NCBI GenBank assembly: GCA_016930515.1
Contig: JAFGGO010000172.1
Span: forward strand, 1 to 55,934
Origin: Promethearchaeota archaeon
Lineage (GTDB): Archaea; Asgardarchaeota; Lokiarchaeia; Sigyniarchaeales; SOKP01
Length of the DNA: 55,934 bases
Direction: 5' to 3'
This document shows positions 38,601 through 47,597 of the stretch, piece after piece. A program made the position numbers and the translations under genes. The first letter of the stretch is position 1; each line of letters starts with the position of its first letter. The notes under the pieces are model-generated. The model saw nothing but the letters and a program-made list of their open reading frames with translations. It did not search any database and was not told the DNA's origin.

Positions 38601-38851
38601 TATTCCATTTTGATCGTTGGTGGAATCCTGCCGTTGAAGAACAGGCGACCGATAGAGCTTATCGAATAGGTCAGAAATCGAGAGTAAATGTATATAAGTT
38701 TGTAACTGTTGGGACGATCGAAGAAAAGATCGATTCCTTGCTTGAAGAAAAGAAAGAATTAGCAGAAAGCGTCATAACTTCTTCGGGTGAATCATGGATC
38801 TCCGATTTAAGCGACGACAAATTAAGAGAGTTACTCTCATTAACAAATTAA
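35657..38851 (+). CDS. SNF2-family ATPase/translocase with long N-terminal region
   Basis: LRPYQ, LADDMGLGKT, IIDESQNIKN, LSGTPVEN, LKQICNHP, SLKAGGTGLNL, DRWWNPAVEEQATDRAYRIGQ. Confidence 0.95.
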   Translation: MNFDNLELTFIPSKYWNKQESGFKLLTKGKEVPKDVNFFLLWMPADSSQKGLVKKINRVFPNIPVQKLLTCEIFLALPPSHFQEINSNIKKEPIFNIHTINGKIIPIGPITKLLQGLDIFHSGNRNQIRYSGSVKTWAFLTKLLFELLNKGQFIPILEPSEIKEQFLGQWKIILKSEVDKVRFQTIVNNSSFLAYNIPAKIISQNGSKITEGIWHPSFIFSLFLDLIGDYLIRSLLKQAKFSTFKEFYSSEIKTHAQEYQRSGWDYRFLHSLLEENSTFPITEYYETILPGLIENWSTSARGFSFGHGVLFTFELKNPLGQGGDWPLEFSISPHSKDESILLNDYWKMDSKKQKSVLFEANSENSPIEMILRALSSAAKIFSPIKRALQEKYPSGINLTATEVMDFLRFPKDLMIQNGFNVILPKTFTSGGSQRLSARLVIKSRKEQQTKKGSSSSIPSVFNFKSMIEYKWEATLGGERISEKEFQNLINSNEPLVNIKGNWILVDSKDIENLRELSYSGEKTYIEALKLGLAGEIQLQENGPTYEVIVEGDLSDIVQKLQSIESIRDIPCPSGFNGKLRPYQEIALSWMGNLSPLNFGLCLADDMGLGKTIQVIAFLLHRKEVLKKNAKSVLIVCPTSVLFNWNREIKRFAPQLNITVHHGSDRTKDISDIKNYIKPHEIVLTTYGTVRNDIGILGAIPFDGIIIDESQNIKNYSSQQTQAILKLQSDFRIALSGTPVENRLLELWTLFEFLNPGLLGSRTEFQNNYILPIERFQDQDALERLKTIISPFILRRLKSDKTIINDLPDKNEIKIFIELSDVQAQIYRETVESVFKELDALGADKRKKKGIILALLVKLKQICNHPFQFTKQKILLDNDLAVKDFISRSRKVKRMTQMIEEVIENGEKALLFTQFKEMGSLLKSLLEKLFDFEILFFHGSVPEQKRRELVDKFQSQDIESPPIMILSLKAGGTGLNLTQGTTIFHFDRWWNPAVEEQATDRAYRIGQKSRVNVYKFVTVGTIEEKIDSLLEEKKELAESVITSSGESWISDLSDDKLRELLSLTN

Positions 38852-38863
38852 ATTTAAGAGGAG

Positions 38864-39817
38864 ATGAAAATCGATAACAGAAAAAAAGAATTTTTAGAAA
38901 GACGCAGACAAAAAAATATCCGGGAAGAACCTCATCAGTTCAAGACTATAGAAGAAAAAAAACGTACTCGAGAAGAAGTAGAACAAATTAAAAAGGATCT
39001 TATTACTTTTGCCAAAACTCCATGGGGTAAAAGATGGATCCAATCTAATCTAGAAATTGGAAGACCTTTTAGAATGCAACGCGGCATTGAATATGTGAAA
39101 GATAATCGTAGAATTGATAATATTTCCATCAATCCTGGACAAATTTTTGCAACGGTACAAGGTACGGCTCCAACGCCTTATCGTGTTAAAATAAATCTTG
39201 ATATAATAGCTGATAACGAATGGAAACTGATCGTTAATTCGATCTCAGATAAAGCAGAAAATCTAGTAAATTTAATTGAAGGACGATTATCTAAAAACAT
39301 AATAGAGATTATTGAGAGTACAGGCCAATCTTTATTTCCAAATACCGATCACGGTCTCAACGCTTCCTGTTCCTGTCCAGATAACGCCGTTCCCTGTAAG
39401 CACATAGCAGCAGTTATCCTCTATATTGCCCGCGTTTTGGATTATAATCCTCTTCTTTTATTTGAACTTGCGGGAAAGACCAAAAATGACTTGTTTTCGG
39501 CTTTAAATTTTTTCAAGAAAACAACTCCCTCGAAGAAGTCTGAAAAAAATGATACGAAACCAAATCTCAGTTCAAAAATAGATTTTGAGTTTGAAGTTCC
39601 TAAGATTCTCGTAAAAGACCTAGTTTTAAAACAAGATATTGATTTAGATGCTTTTAATCTAGGATTTAAAATTAAAAAACCGAAAAAAATCATCGAAACC
39701 GTGGAGAATTTAGGAATTCCCGATACTATCGAAAACAAAGCTTTTGAAATTGTATTTAAAAAAATATACGAAGTAATTTCATTAAAGATATATGAATTAT
39801 CGAGGGAATTAGACTGA
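38864..39817 (+). CDS. SWIM zinc-finger protein, SNF2 partner
   Basis: RMQRGIEY, VQGT, CSCPDNAVPCKHIAA. Confidence 0.92.
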   Translation: MKIDNRKKEFLERRRQKNIREEPHQFKTIEEKKRTREEVEQIKKDLITFAKTPWGKRWIQSNLEIGRPFRMQRGIEYVKDNRRIDNISINPGQIFATVQGTAPTPYRVKINLDIIADNEWKLIVNSISDKAENLVNLIEGRLSKNIIEIIESTGQSLFPNTDHGLNASCSCPDNAVPCKHIAAVILYIARVLDYNPLLLFELAGKTKNDLFSALNFFKKTTPSKKSEKNDTKPNLSSKIDFEFEVPKILVKDLVLKQDIDLDAFNLGFKIKKPKKIIETVENLGIPDTIENKAFEIVFKKIYEVISLKIYELSRELD

Positions 39818-39996
39818 ATATTATTAATTCGTTTATATACAATGCAATATTTAAAATCCCTGAATCCTCAAAATAAAAACACTTTAAATGATATAGTTGG
39901 AGTTATATATTTTTGTAAAAACGCGTTTTATATATAAAAATTTATATTGCTGAGATTAATTTATATTTTAAAAGAACTATAAACAAGAGAGTAATC

Positions 39997-40938
39997 ATGG
40001 AGAATCTATTGGTAACCTTGTTGAAAAATTATGCGCAAGAAGTGGATGGCATTTTAGGAGTAACAGTATGCGATCGCGGAGGCTTGGTTATCACATCCTA
40101 CAACGCTGGAGATGACGAATTACTCCTTGGCGCAATTTCCACTTATATAGATTCTTATATCCAAAGAATCAGAAAAGAATTTAATGTGGAATCTAATTTC
40201 TTCAACATAACTACTACAGAAAACAAAAAATTTGCCTTTTGTTCAATGGGATCGCATTCCATTCTCACTACTATTGCTGAACCTAATACTTCGGATGTTG
40301 AATTACGCGTTCTTTCGGAGCATGTTGCAACAAAGATAGAACTACTTTTAAGCGAGAATGAACAAGTCTCGCTTGAGATTCCCGAAATTGTGAAGGTACT
40401 CTCGAAAACTAGAGCTGGAAAATTACCAAACGGTGATTTTAGCAGCAAATTAATATTAACTGGAGATTTCAAAGTAGGAAAGACTTCCTTGATTCAACGA
40501 TTTGTCACAAACAGGTTCCAAGAAAATTATATGTCGACCTTAGGAGTTGAGATTTCTAAAAAAATTTTGGACCTTACTCCTGATACTAAGTTCAGGTTTT
40601 TAATTTGGGATATTGGTGGCCAAAAAATGTTAGCAAAACCTGGATTTTACAATGGCGCTAACGCAGCTTTTATCGTAATCGATAGAACCCGGCCAGATAC
40701 TCTTGAAAGCGTTCCAAGATGGTACAACGAAATTAAAAAGACCGTGACGGATGACATACCAGTAGTGATTGTTGCTAACAAGTCTGATCTAACAAGTAAA
40801 ATCGTTTTAAGCGAAGAAGAGATCAAGGACGAGGCTCGTAAGATCGGGTTTCATTATATCCTCACGAGCGCAAAAACAGGTGAGAATGTTCCAGAAGTTT
40901 TTACATACATCGCATACAAAATTCTTGAGACCATGTAA
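39997..40938 (+). CDS. Roadblock/LC7 domain fused to a Rab/Ras-like small GTPase
   Basis: ILGVTVCDRGGLVI roadblock start; G1 GDFKVGKTS, G2 STLG, G3 WDIGGQ, G4 NKSD, G5 TSAK. Confidence 0.92.
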   Translation: MENLLVTLLKNYAQEVDGILGVTVCDRGGLVITSYNAGDDELLLGAISTYIDSYIQRIRKEFNVESNFFNITTTENKKFAFCSMGSHSILTTIAEPNTSDVELRVLSEHVATKIELLLSENEQVSLEIPEIVKVLSKTRAGKLPNGDFSSKLILTGDFKVGKTSLIQRFVTNRFQENYMSTLGVEISKKILDLTPDTKFRFLIWDIGGQKMLAKPGFYNGANAAFIVIDRTRPDTLESVPRWYNEIKKTVTDDIPVVIVANKSDLTSKIVLSEEEIKDEARKIGFHYILTSAKTGENVPEVFTYIAYKILETM

Positions 40939-41068
40939 TTAACGTTCTTTTCCTATAATAATAAATGTCCATAATGTTTTTATAGCAAAATAATCAAATT
41001 ATTCTAAGATAAAGAATTTTAAATACAATCTTGGAGGTAAGAAATAGAAAAAAGGAGGTAGAAAAAAA

Positions 41069-41998
41069 ATTTCAAATGTATTAAAGATTCAATTCAATGA
41101 CATACTAGCCACGTGAAACGCTGCAGGATATTTGATGGGTTTTTCGATAAAAGAAATCAAATATAAGGAGAAATATTTGTTATTCCTCACGGATCCTACA
41201 AATGCTGGCCCTAGGTTCAGTTTTAAACTAAAAGGAAAAAATATAGGAACCATTCCCGTCGTACTTAAAAATATAGAACCCACTCCAATTTATAAGCTTG
41301 TAAACAGTAGAAAAGGCTCATCAATACATAGGATAACATTAGACTTCGATATAAAGGAATACTTGAAATCATTCATCAAGGAGAATAAGATTAAAGCGAT
41401 TACATTTAAAAACGAGCAACATCTCATTAGATTATATATTGATATATTCTTGTACCCTCACGAACCATACTTGATTTCGTTTTTTACCTTGAAAAACATG
41501 TCGGATTTCAACTTGATAGATTTTTCAATGTACTTTGTCTTTGATTTCGATGTGAACGGTTTGGAAGGATACGACAACGATTACTCAGGATACGATATAG
41601 AAAACGACATTATTTATCAATACGATATGACTAAGCTTTACGGTGGTTTTTCTACAATATCGAAACCTACCCATTTCGAATCTAACTTGACCAAAGATCT
41701 TACAATTAACAACGAAAAGCTAAACCTTACCAATGAATTGTACGATAATCAAGGAGAATTATCATCTGCTTTACAAATCGCATTCATTACCTTGTCTCCT
41801 GGAAATTCATTCCAAACCGCTTTCGTGCTTTCTGGAGGCATAAACAAGGAAGAAATGATTAGAAATATAACGGAAGGGAAAAAAAGGGCAATGAAATACT
41901 TGCATCAGGTAAACAGATCGATCAAGACAGAGCAGCGAAACTTACAAGATCCAGCGTTTAACGACCTAAATTTAAAGAAAGCTAAGGACTGTAAATAG
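41069..41998 (+). CDS. Putative selenoprotein (Sec16 at UGA 41114-41116), beta-supersandwich-like fold; the ORF track calls only 41132-41998
   Basis: Frame open from TAG 41045-41047 except for one TGA: (M)SNVLKIQFNDILAT-U-NAAGYLMG. SD GGAGGT at 41054-41059, then ATT at 41069. SECIS-like hairpin in the 3' UTR. The 41132-41998 core is confidently coding. Confidence 0.65.
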
Positions 41999-42070
41999 CC
42001 TCGATGATGACTTAAATAAAAAAATCCGAAAGGACATTTATTTAACGAATACCTCTTTGCGAGAGGGAGG
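41999..42070 (+). promoter_or_regulatory. Eukaryote/Lokiarchaeota-type SECIS element (form 2)
   Basis: AUGAC (42007-42011), UUAAAUAAA, AAAA bulge, UCC-GAAA-GGA ministem, CA, UUUAUUUAA, CGAA (42046-42049): tandem G.A core and perfect 9-bp helix II. Confidence 0.78.
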
Positions 42071-42121
42071 AAAAATTTGCTTATTTCTAATCCTTGTAAA
42101 TTTATTAGCAATAGAAAACGA

Positions 42122-43252
42122 TTATTTTTGTACGAAAAATCCTACTATTCTCAGTTTATTTTCGAACTTATTCAATTCGGTGATCACGCCTTTTAACCCT
42201 GAACCATCGTGAACTAAAGGTTTATCCAAGATTATTTTTATTTCTCCAGAATTTCCTGGTGTTAATTCCGTCCCTTCCACAAGTTTTACTGGAGATATTT
42301 TTAATTCTGTGAGAGCGTAATATTGAGAACCGTCCCCTGGCTTAATAGTCCCTCCCTTAGGCTTATAAAACTGATTAACATGCACCGTCGCTGTAATTTC
42401 GTTCTCTCGTTTAAAAACTCCTTGCGAGACGATCATATTATCTCGACTAACATCGGCAGGAGATATGGTTCCTTTTAAGGCTAGGCCGACGCGATCTCCT
42501 TCAATTGCGTTTTTAAAGTCTCTATCATGCTTTTGAATGCTTCTTATAATAATTTTTTTTGATGGTCCTCCATCGTATCCTGTTAACTCCACCATTTCGC
42601 CTGCATTAAGAGTTCCGTTTTTCACCACCCCTAAAATGACTGTTCCAATCCCTTTTACAGGAAATACATGGTCTATTAATACTTTCGTGTAATGCTTTTC
42701 TTGAATATTTAAGCTTGATTTTTCGATTCCGATTTCAATAACTTTCTTTTTGATTTGTTCGTAAGCGTCTTTATCGTCGTCTTTTATTTCGAGAATGTTA
42801 GCATCTTTTAAGCTGGTAGTATTGAGAATGATTTTAACCTGTTTTTTTATTTCCTCTAATTTCCATTCAGTTTTTTCGTTTATCCCCGCGATTACGACTA
42901 ATGGTTTCGTGTCAAACATTTGGTGGAACATGTCCATTCCCACTAATAATTCGCCTACCACGGCGTTTAGACCATCTTTTAAGTCAATAACTAAAATATG
43001 AATGTTTGTGATCGTTAGCGTCTGTAAGAATGGTTTTATTTTATCGGGATAATCAATAGGTGTTAATGCACAAAATACTTGCCCTAATCCTGCGTCAAGC
43101 CTGTTGTAAAATTGAATATCTGACTTTGTTCCCGGGGAGCCTAACGCTTGTCCTATAAGGTTTCTCCGTTCAAAATTTTCTCCAAAAATTCCAACAAGAA
43201 AATTTTTTTCGCTTCCTTCGCTCATGTGCAATTTTAATGTTTTGTAGCTCAT
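42122..43252 (-). CDS. Archaeal SelB-like (aSelBL) translation-factor homolog with degenerate G domain
   Basis: ALGSPGTKSDIQFYN, YPDKIKP, IDHVFPVKGIGTVILGVV, IRSIQKHD, GDRVGLALKG; P-loop replaced by GENFERRN. Confidence 0.82.
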   Translation of the reverse strand: MSYKTLKLHMSEGSEKNFLVGIFGENFERRNLIGQALGSPGTKSDIQFYNRLDAGLGQVFCALTPIDYPDKIKPFLQTLTITNIHILVIDLKDGLNAVVGELLVGMDMFHQMFDTKPLVVIAGINEKTEWKLEEIKKQVKIILNTTSLKDANILEIKDDDKDAYEQIKKKVIEIGIEKSSLNIQEKHYTKVLIDHVFPVKGIGTVILGVVKNGTLNAGEMVELTGYDGGPSKKIIIRSIQKHDRDFKNAIEGDRVGLALKGTISPADVSRDNMIVSQGVFKRENEITATVHVNQFYKPKGGTIKPGDGSQYYALTELKISPVKLVEGTELTPGNSGEIKIILDKPLVHDGSGLKGVITELNKFENKLRIVGFFVQK

Positions 43253-43464
43253 TAAGATATTGGTTTAGAGGTCTCATTTGAATTGAAAAAACAATTTAAA
43301 ATATTTAAAAGAACTGAGTATAATCAAAAAAATAATCAAAAGTACTATTTTAAAAAAAGATCATTTCAATCGAAAATCTAAAATCAAATCAATTATTTTT
43401 AAAATCATTGAATAATCAATAAATAAAATCATTTGAATCAATTAAGAATGTTATATTTAGAAAC

Positions 43465-44604
43465 ATGATAAAAACAAAATTTCAAGAGATCCTTGGCACG
43501 AGATATCCGATTATTCAGGCAGGAATGGGACCTTATTCCACTAATAAATTATGTATTGCTGCTTCAAAAGCGGGCGCTTTAGGTTTGATTTCTACTGTTG
43601 GAATGGTTCCAGGTGTAGTTGCACCAAAAGAAGCTACAGAGCTTGTCTTTGGGTCGGGATCTCCAAAAGACGTGTTTAAGGATACAATCGAGAGAGTTTA
43701 CGAGGCTATAAAAGATACGCCAGATGCTAAATTTGGAGCAAATATCCCCGTATCTAACGAATTTACGAAGGAAGCAAAAATCTTTATAGATGTAATCATC
43801 GAAATTTTCGAAGAAAAACCAGAAATTAAAAAGAACTTTGTTGCAATATTCACTTCTGCGGGCGATCCATTACCCTGGGCCGTTAACGCTCAATTATTAG
43901 GTGCAAAACAAGTAATGACCCCGATTAAAGAAAAGCTACCTGATATTATTTGGGTTCATGTGTGTCCAAGCGTGAGAGGAGCTAAAAGAGCGGAAAAAGC
44001 AGGCGTGGACATGATCGTGGCGTCCGGTAGGGAAGGTGGAGCTCACTGTGCTTGGCGCGACGCGTCTTCCATCGTACTTCTTCCAGAAACGGTAAAATCA
44101 GTTAAAGTCCCTGTTATTGGTGCTGGTGGTTACTCTGACGGATCTTCGCTCGCTGCGGCCCTTGCCTTAGGTGCGGTAGGAATTCAGATGGGCACTCGAT
44201 TTATTGCTACGAGGGAATCGGATTTCGAACAAAAATGGAAGGAAGCAATAGTTGATAGGGACGAAACCGAAACAGTTGTTGCAAGAGGAATATTTGGCCC
44301 TATGAGGTTTTTAAGAAACGAAATGTCGTTGAAACTTGTTGGTGAAACCATTCAAAACGCACCAGACTTGTTTAGAGGTGTTCCGTGCAAGTCTACTCCC
44401 GGTATTTTTGAACTTGAAATGGAAGGTTTTGAGAATTTAATGAAAGATAAACCTAGCAACGAAGCCCTCGTTCTGGGAGGTGTAGTCACTGGTAGAATTC
44501 ACGCTATTCCTACGGTTAAGGAACTAATTGAGGAAATAATGACGGAAGCTCAAACTATTCTCACGGAATTACCGAAAATGGTTCAAAATCACGACAATAA
44601 ATAA
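43465..44604 (+). CDS. Nitronate monooxygenase/FabK-like flavoenzyme
   Basis: YPIIQAGMG, GREGGAH, PVIGAGG, ALALGAVGIQMGTRFIATRES. Confidence 0.9.
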   Translation: MIKTKFQEILGTRYPIIQAGMGPYSTNKLCIAASKAGALGLISTVGMVPGVVAPKEATELVFGSGSPKDVFKDTIERVYEAIKDTPDAKFGANIPVSNEFTKEAKIFIDVIIEIFEEKPEIKKNFVAIFTSAGDPLPWAVNAQLLGAKQVMTPIKEKLPDIIWVHVCPSVRGAKRAEKAGVDMIVASGREGGAHCAWRDASSIVLLPETVKSVKVPVIGAGGYSDGSSLAAALALGAVGIQMGTRFIATRESDFEQKWKEAIVDRDETETVVARGIFGPMRFLRNEMSLKLVGETIQNAPDLFRGVPCKSTPGIFELEMEGFENLMKDKPSNEALVLGGVVTGRIHAIPTVKELIEEIMTEAQTILTELPKMVQNHDNK

Positions 44605-44743
44605 AATCGGATTAAAAATTCTTGTTTATATCTCTTATTCTTTACAAAATTCTTTTTTATCGAATATTTTTTATTTGAAATAGTTTTTAATACTTGAAAA
44701 TCAATAATGATATTATCTTCACGACAGGAGTATATCAATAATA

Positions 44744-45586
44744 ATGGAAAAAAAATATCGAAATCCGCTGATTGCATACATAATTAGCTCTGTATTAATT
44801 ATTTTTGCTGGAATTGCAATGGGAAGGAATGAAGGATTTATGCGCTATTTTATTGACGATATGGGCCTTCAAATAATTTATATCTTCTTTGCAATTAGTC
44901 TTGCTTCAATTATAGGTACAGTTGCTGCAGGTTATCTCCTTGCGCCTCTTTTTTTAATGGCATATAAATACACGGTTGGCATTAGAATGACTTTTGGAAT
45001 TCAAGATCGTCCGGAGCCTACGAAATTAAAGGTATTTTTTAAAGGCATTTTTCCTGCGTTGTTAGCTTTACAAATTGCTTTATTGTTTTATAATTTGACA
45101 TTCTTAACCGATCTCGTTTCCTCGAGTTATTCTAGTAATTCTATAAACGCACCTAACGTTCCCCTTGTTATTTTATCAATAATACTTCCCGTAACTGCTG
45201 GTTTTGCAACAGGAATATTTTCACCAGTGTGGTTTTTGCTAGACGGAGGAATAGTGTATACAAATAAATTTAAAGTAGAAAAAATCCGCGATCCAATCGA
45301 AGTAAAAAGCGTCGGTGGGTGGTATCATTACATCATCAAGGGTTATTCGGGTGTTGCTGTAATAATCGGATATTTCAGCTTTGCAGGAGATTTTATTATA
45401 AAAAACAATAATCCGAGCGTATTTCTGATCGCATTCTTGCCCGTGTTGGTTTTACTCTTTTCAATACCAGGTTATTTAGTATTAGAATTAACTGCAAATC
45501 ATAGAAAAAAATACATGAGACATCTTGCAGCTAAACTCGGTATCGATAAGCCACTTGCAGATCCCTTGGACTTACAAAAAACCTAA
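44744..45586 (+). CDS. Hypothetical ~6-TM membrane protein (paralog A)
   Basis: FSPVWFLLDGGIVYTN, VGGWYHYIIKGYSGVAV, IPG. Confidence 0.75.
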   Translation: MEKKYRNPLIAYIISSVLIIFAGIAMGRNEGFMRYFIDDMGLQIIYIFFAISLASIIGTVAAGYLLAPLFLMAYKYTVGIRMTFGIQDRPEPTKLKVFFKGIFPALLALQIALLFYNLTFLTDLVSSSYSSNSINAPNVPLVILSIILPVTAGFATGIFSPVWFLLDGGIVYTNKFKVEKIRDPIEVKSVGGWYHYIIKGYSGVAVIIGYFSFAGDFIIKNNNPSVFLIAFLPVLVLLFSIPGYLVLELTANHRKKYMRHLAAKLGIDKPLADPLDLQKT

Positions 45587-45718
45587 TCAATTCCCTTGTT
45601 ATTTTTTCATATTTTTGATTCAATCTTTAAATGTATTTAATTTTTTGGAAAGGAATTTAATAGATAATATCTTTTATATTTTAAAATTATTATACTTCAA
45701 TTTGAGTAGAAATTAATC

Positions 45719-46558
45719 GTGTCGTTCAAAAAGTACGCAAAACATCTAAGTCTATTCTGTTTGCCTTTAGGATTTTTCCTCGTAATGACATCCATATTCA
45801 TGTCAAACGACCCTGGATGGATTAAACTAATTCCGATCGATATTAACTCCGTTCAGATAAATATATTACTCATTTTTATCGTACTCTCTTCCATAATCTT
45901 CACACCTTTAATGGGTTATGTGTTTAGTCCTCTCTTGCTCTGGGTACATAAAAAAATAATCGGAAGGAATAACGATTACGGATTTCAGCAGATAGAACGC
46001 TCCGAAAAGTTCAAAGGTTTTTTGAAGAGTTTCTTTCCATCCGTCATGGCAATTAATTTTGCTCTGATGCTTGCGGATTCCCCATCGTTCTGGGAATTAA
46101 TAGTTGTTGATCCAACCGATCCAATTGCTCCTTTCCTTTCGTTACTTTTTTTACTTCCTTTTACTACTTGTATTTGCTCCTGCATATTCTCTCCAGTGTG
46201 GTTTTTACTAGATTCTGGGATCGTTTATACAAATATAAATACGGGCGACATGACCAAGCCTAGAGAACTTCGAAATGTGGGACGCTGGTACCTTTACATC
46301 TTAAAAGGCTATTCTGGTATCGCAGTATTTTTTTCTTTCTACACGTTTCTAACCAGATCCATCGAAACTTCGCAAGGAAAACTTCATTTTTCAACTCCTT
46401 TAAGTTTCTTCGTTCTTCCGTTTTTATTAACATTTTTAGCAATACCAGGAATTATCCTATTGGATGTAAATAGTGATAAAAGGACTAGGTTCGTTCTGAA
46501 ATGGGCGCAGAAATTCGAAATACTACAATCATTTGATCTACAATTAAAAAAGCAATAA
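45719..46558 (+). CDS. Hypothetical ~6-TM membrane protein (paralog B)
   Basis: FSPVWFLLDSGIVYTN, VGRWYLYILKGYSGIAV, IPG. Confidence 0.75.
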   Translation: MSFKKYAKHLSLFCLPLGFFLVMTSIFMSNDPGWIKLIPIDINSVQINILLIFIVLSSIIFTPLMGYVFSPLLLWVHKKIIGRNNDYGFQQIERSEKFKGFLKSFFPSVMAINFALMLADSPSFWELIVVDPTDPIAPFLSLLFLLPFTTCICSCIFSPVWFLLDSGIVYTNINTGDMTKPRELRNVGRWYLYILKGYSGIAVFFSFYTFLTRSIETSQGKLHFSTPLSFFVLPFLLTFLAIPGIILLDVNSDKRTRFVLKWAQKFEILQSFDLQLKKQ

Positions 46559-46643
46559 AATCACGATCAGAATTGAGATTTTCTTTTGTATTTTAAATAT
46601 CTTTTTTATATAAGAAATAAATTATCATGGTTTTATCATAATG

Positions 46644-47597
46644 CTAAAGAATTTCTTTCTCGTAAAGGTTATTGTTTAACTCGAGTTTGATGTTTCCTCC
46701 TGAAGCGACTTCAACAGCTTTATTAATACCTTCCAATACTTTATTCATAAGAAATTCTATTGCGGAAAGAGTATCTTTTATCATTTCAATATTGTTTTCG
46801 GAGTGAAATATAGATAAGGCCATTATCATCGCGGGGAGGAAATCGTTACTTAACATTGTTTCTTCGACATCTATTTGAATGTCCTCGGTTTTAAACGGGT
46901 TAAGAACATCGATCTTGGTAAACATGAGTTTTCCGATAAATAAAGAGGCCTTAATGCTTCTCATGATATAATTAGTTTTTCTATCATCTAAAGTAAAATA
47001 TTCAAATGTCGCCATATCGACTATATCCTCGCTGAGAATATTTCCTGCGAGGTTGAGCTTTCTTTTAACTCGATCGGATACTTGTTTTTCAGGAAACATT
47101 AACTTGAAGGAATTCAAATTACTCTCGTAAAAATCATTATATAATACATCGTGCAACTTTTCTGCTGGATCGTTCGAATCCAACCTATAACCGTTTTGAG
47201 CGTATCGATCTAAAAACTTTTTAATAAGCAGGAACTTGAATTTAAGCCTATATAAAGCAAGATATAATGGTTGCCTGGTTTTCGTGTAAGCTACGACATT
47301 TCCCATTCGATTGATATCGTGATGTTTTCTTGAATACATCGCTATGGGTTTTAACTTGTCTACGGTAATGTTAATGAAACGATCAACGATATTCTTGAAA
47401 ATAGGTTCGTCGTGTAAATCTAATATGTCACACAATTTATCTGCCGAAGGTCTTTTTTCTGATACTTCCCTAATCTCGTCGTAATTGTGTTCCACGAGAA
47501 ATATGGATATTAACGCTTCCATTTCTAGGACTGACCTATGGGGAATGAATACTTTATTAAGATTATTTATAATAAGTTGGGCTTCTGAAGGTTGCAT
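46644..47597 (-). CDS. Hypothetical soluble protein
   Basis: 317-aa ORF, no recognised motif. Confidence 0.7.
   Translation of the reverse strand: MQPSEAQLIINNLNKVFIPHRSVLEMEALISIFLVEHNYDEIREVSEKRPSADKLCDILDLHDEPIFKNIVDRFINITVDKLKPIAMYSRKHHDINRMGNVVAYTKTRQPLYLALYRLKFKFLLIKKFLDRYAQNGYRLDSNDPAEKLHDVLYNDFYESNLNSFKLMFPEKQVSDRVKRKLNLAGNILSEDIVDMATFEYFTLDDRKTNYIMRSIKASLFIGKLMFTKIDVLNPFKTEDIQIDVEETMLSNDFLPAMIMALSIFHSENNIEMIKDTLSAIEFLMNKVLEGINKAVEVASGGNIKLELNNNLYEKEIL

Noticed and set aside
35657-39817. SNF2 plus SWIM pair as a novel defence system
   Set aside because: This gene pair is widespread and well known in bacteria and archaea.
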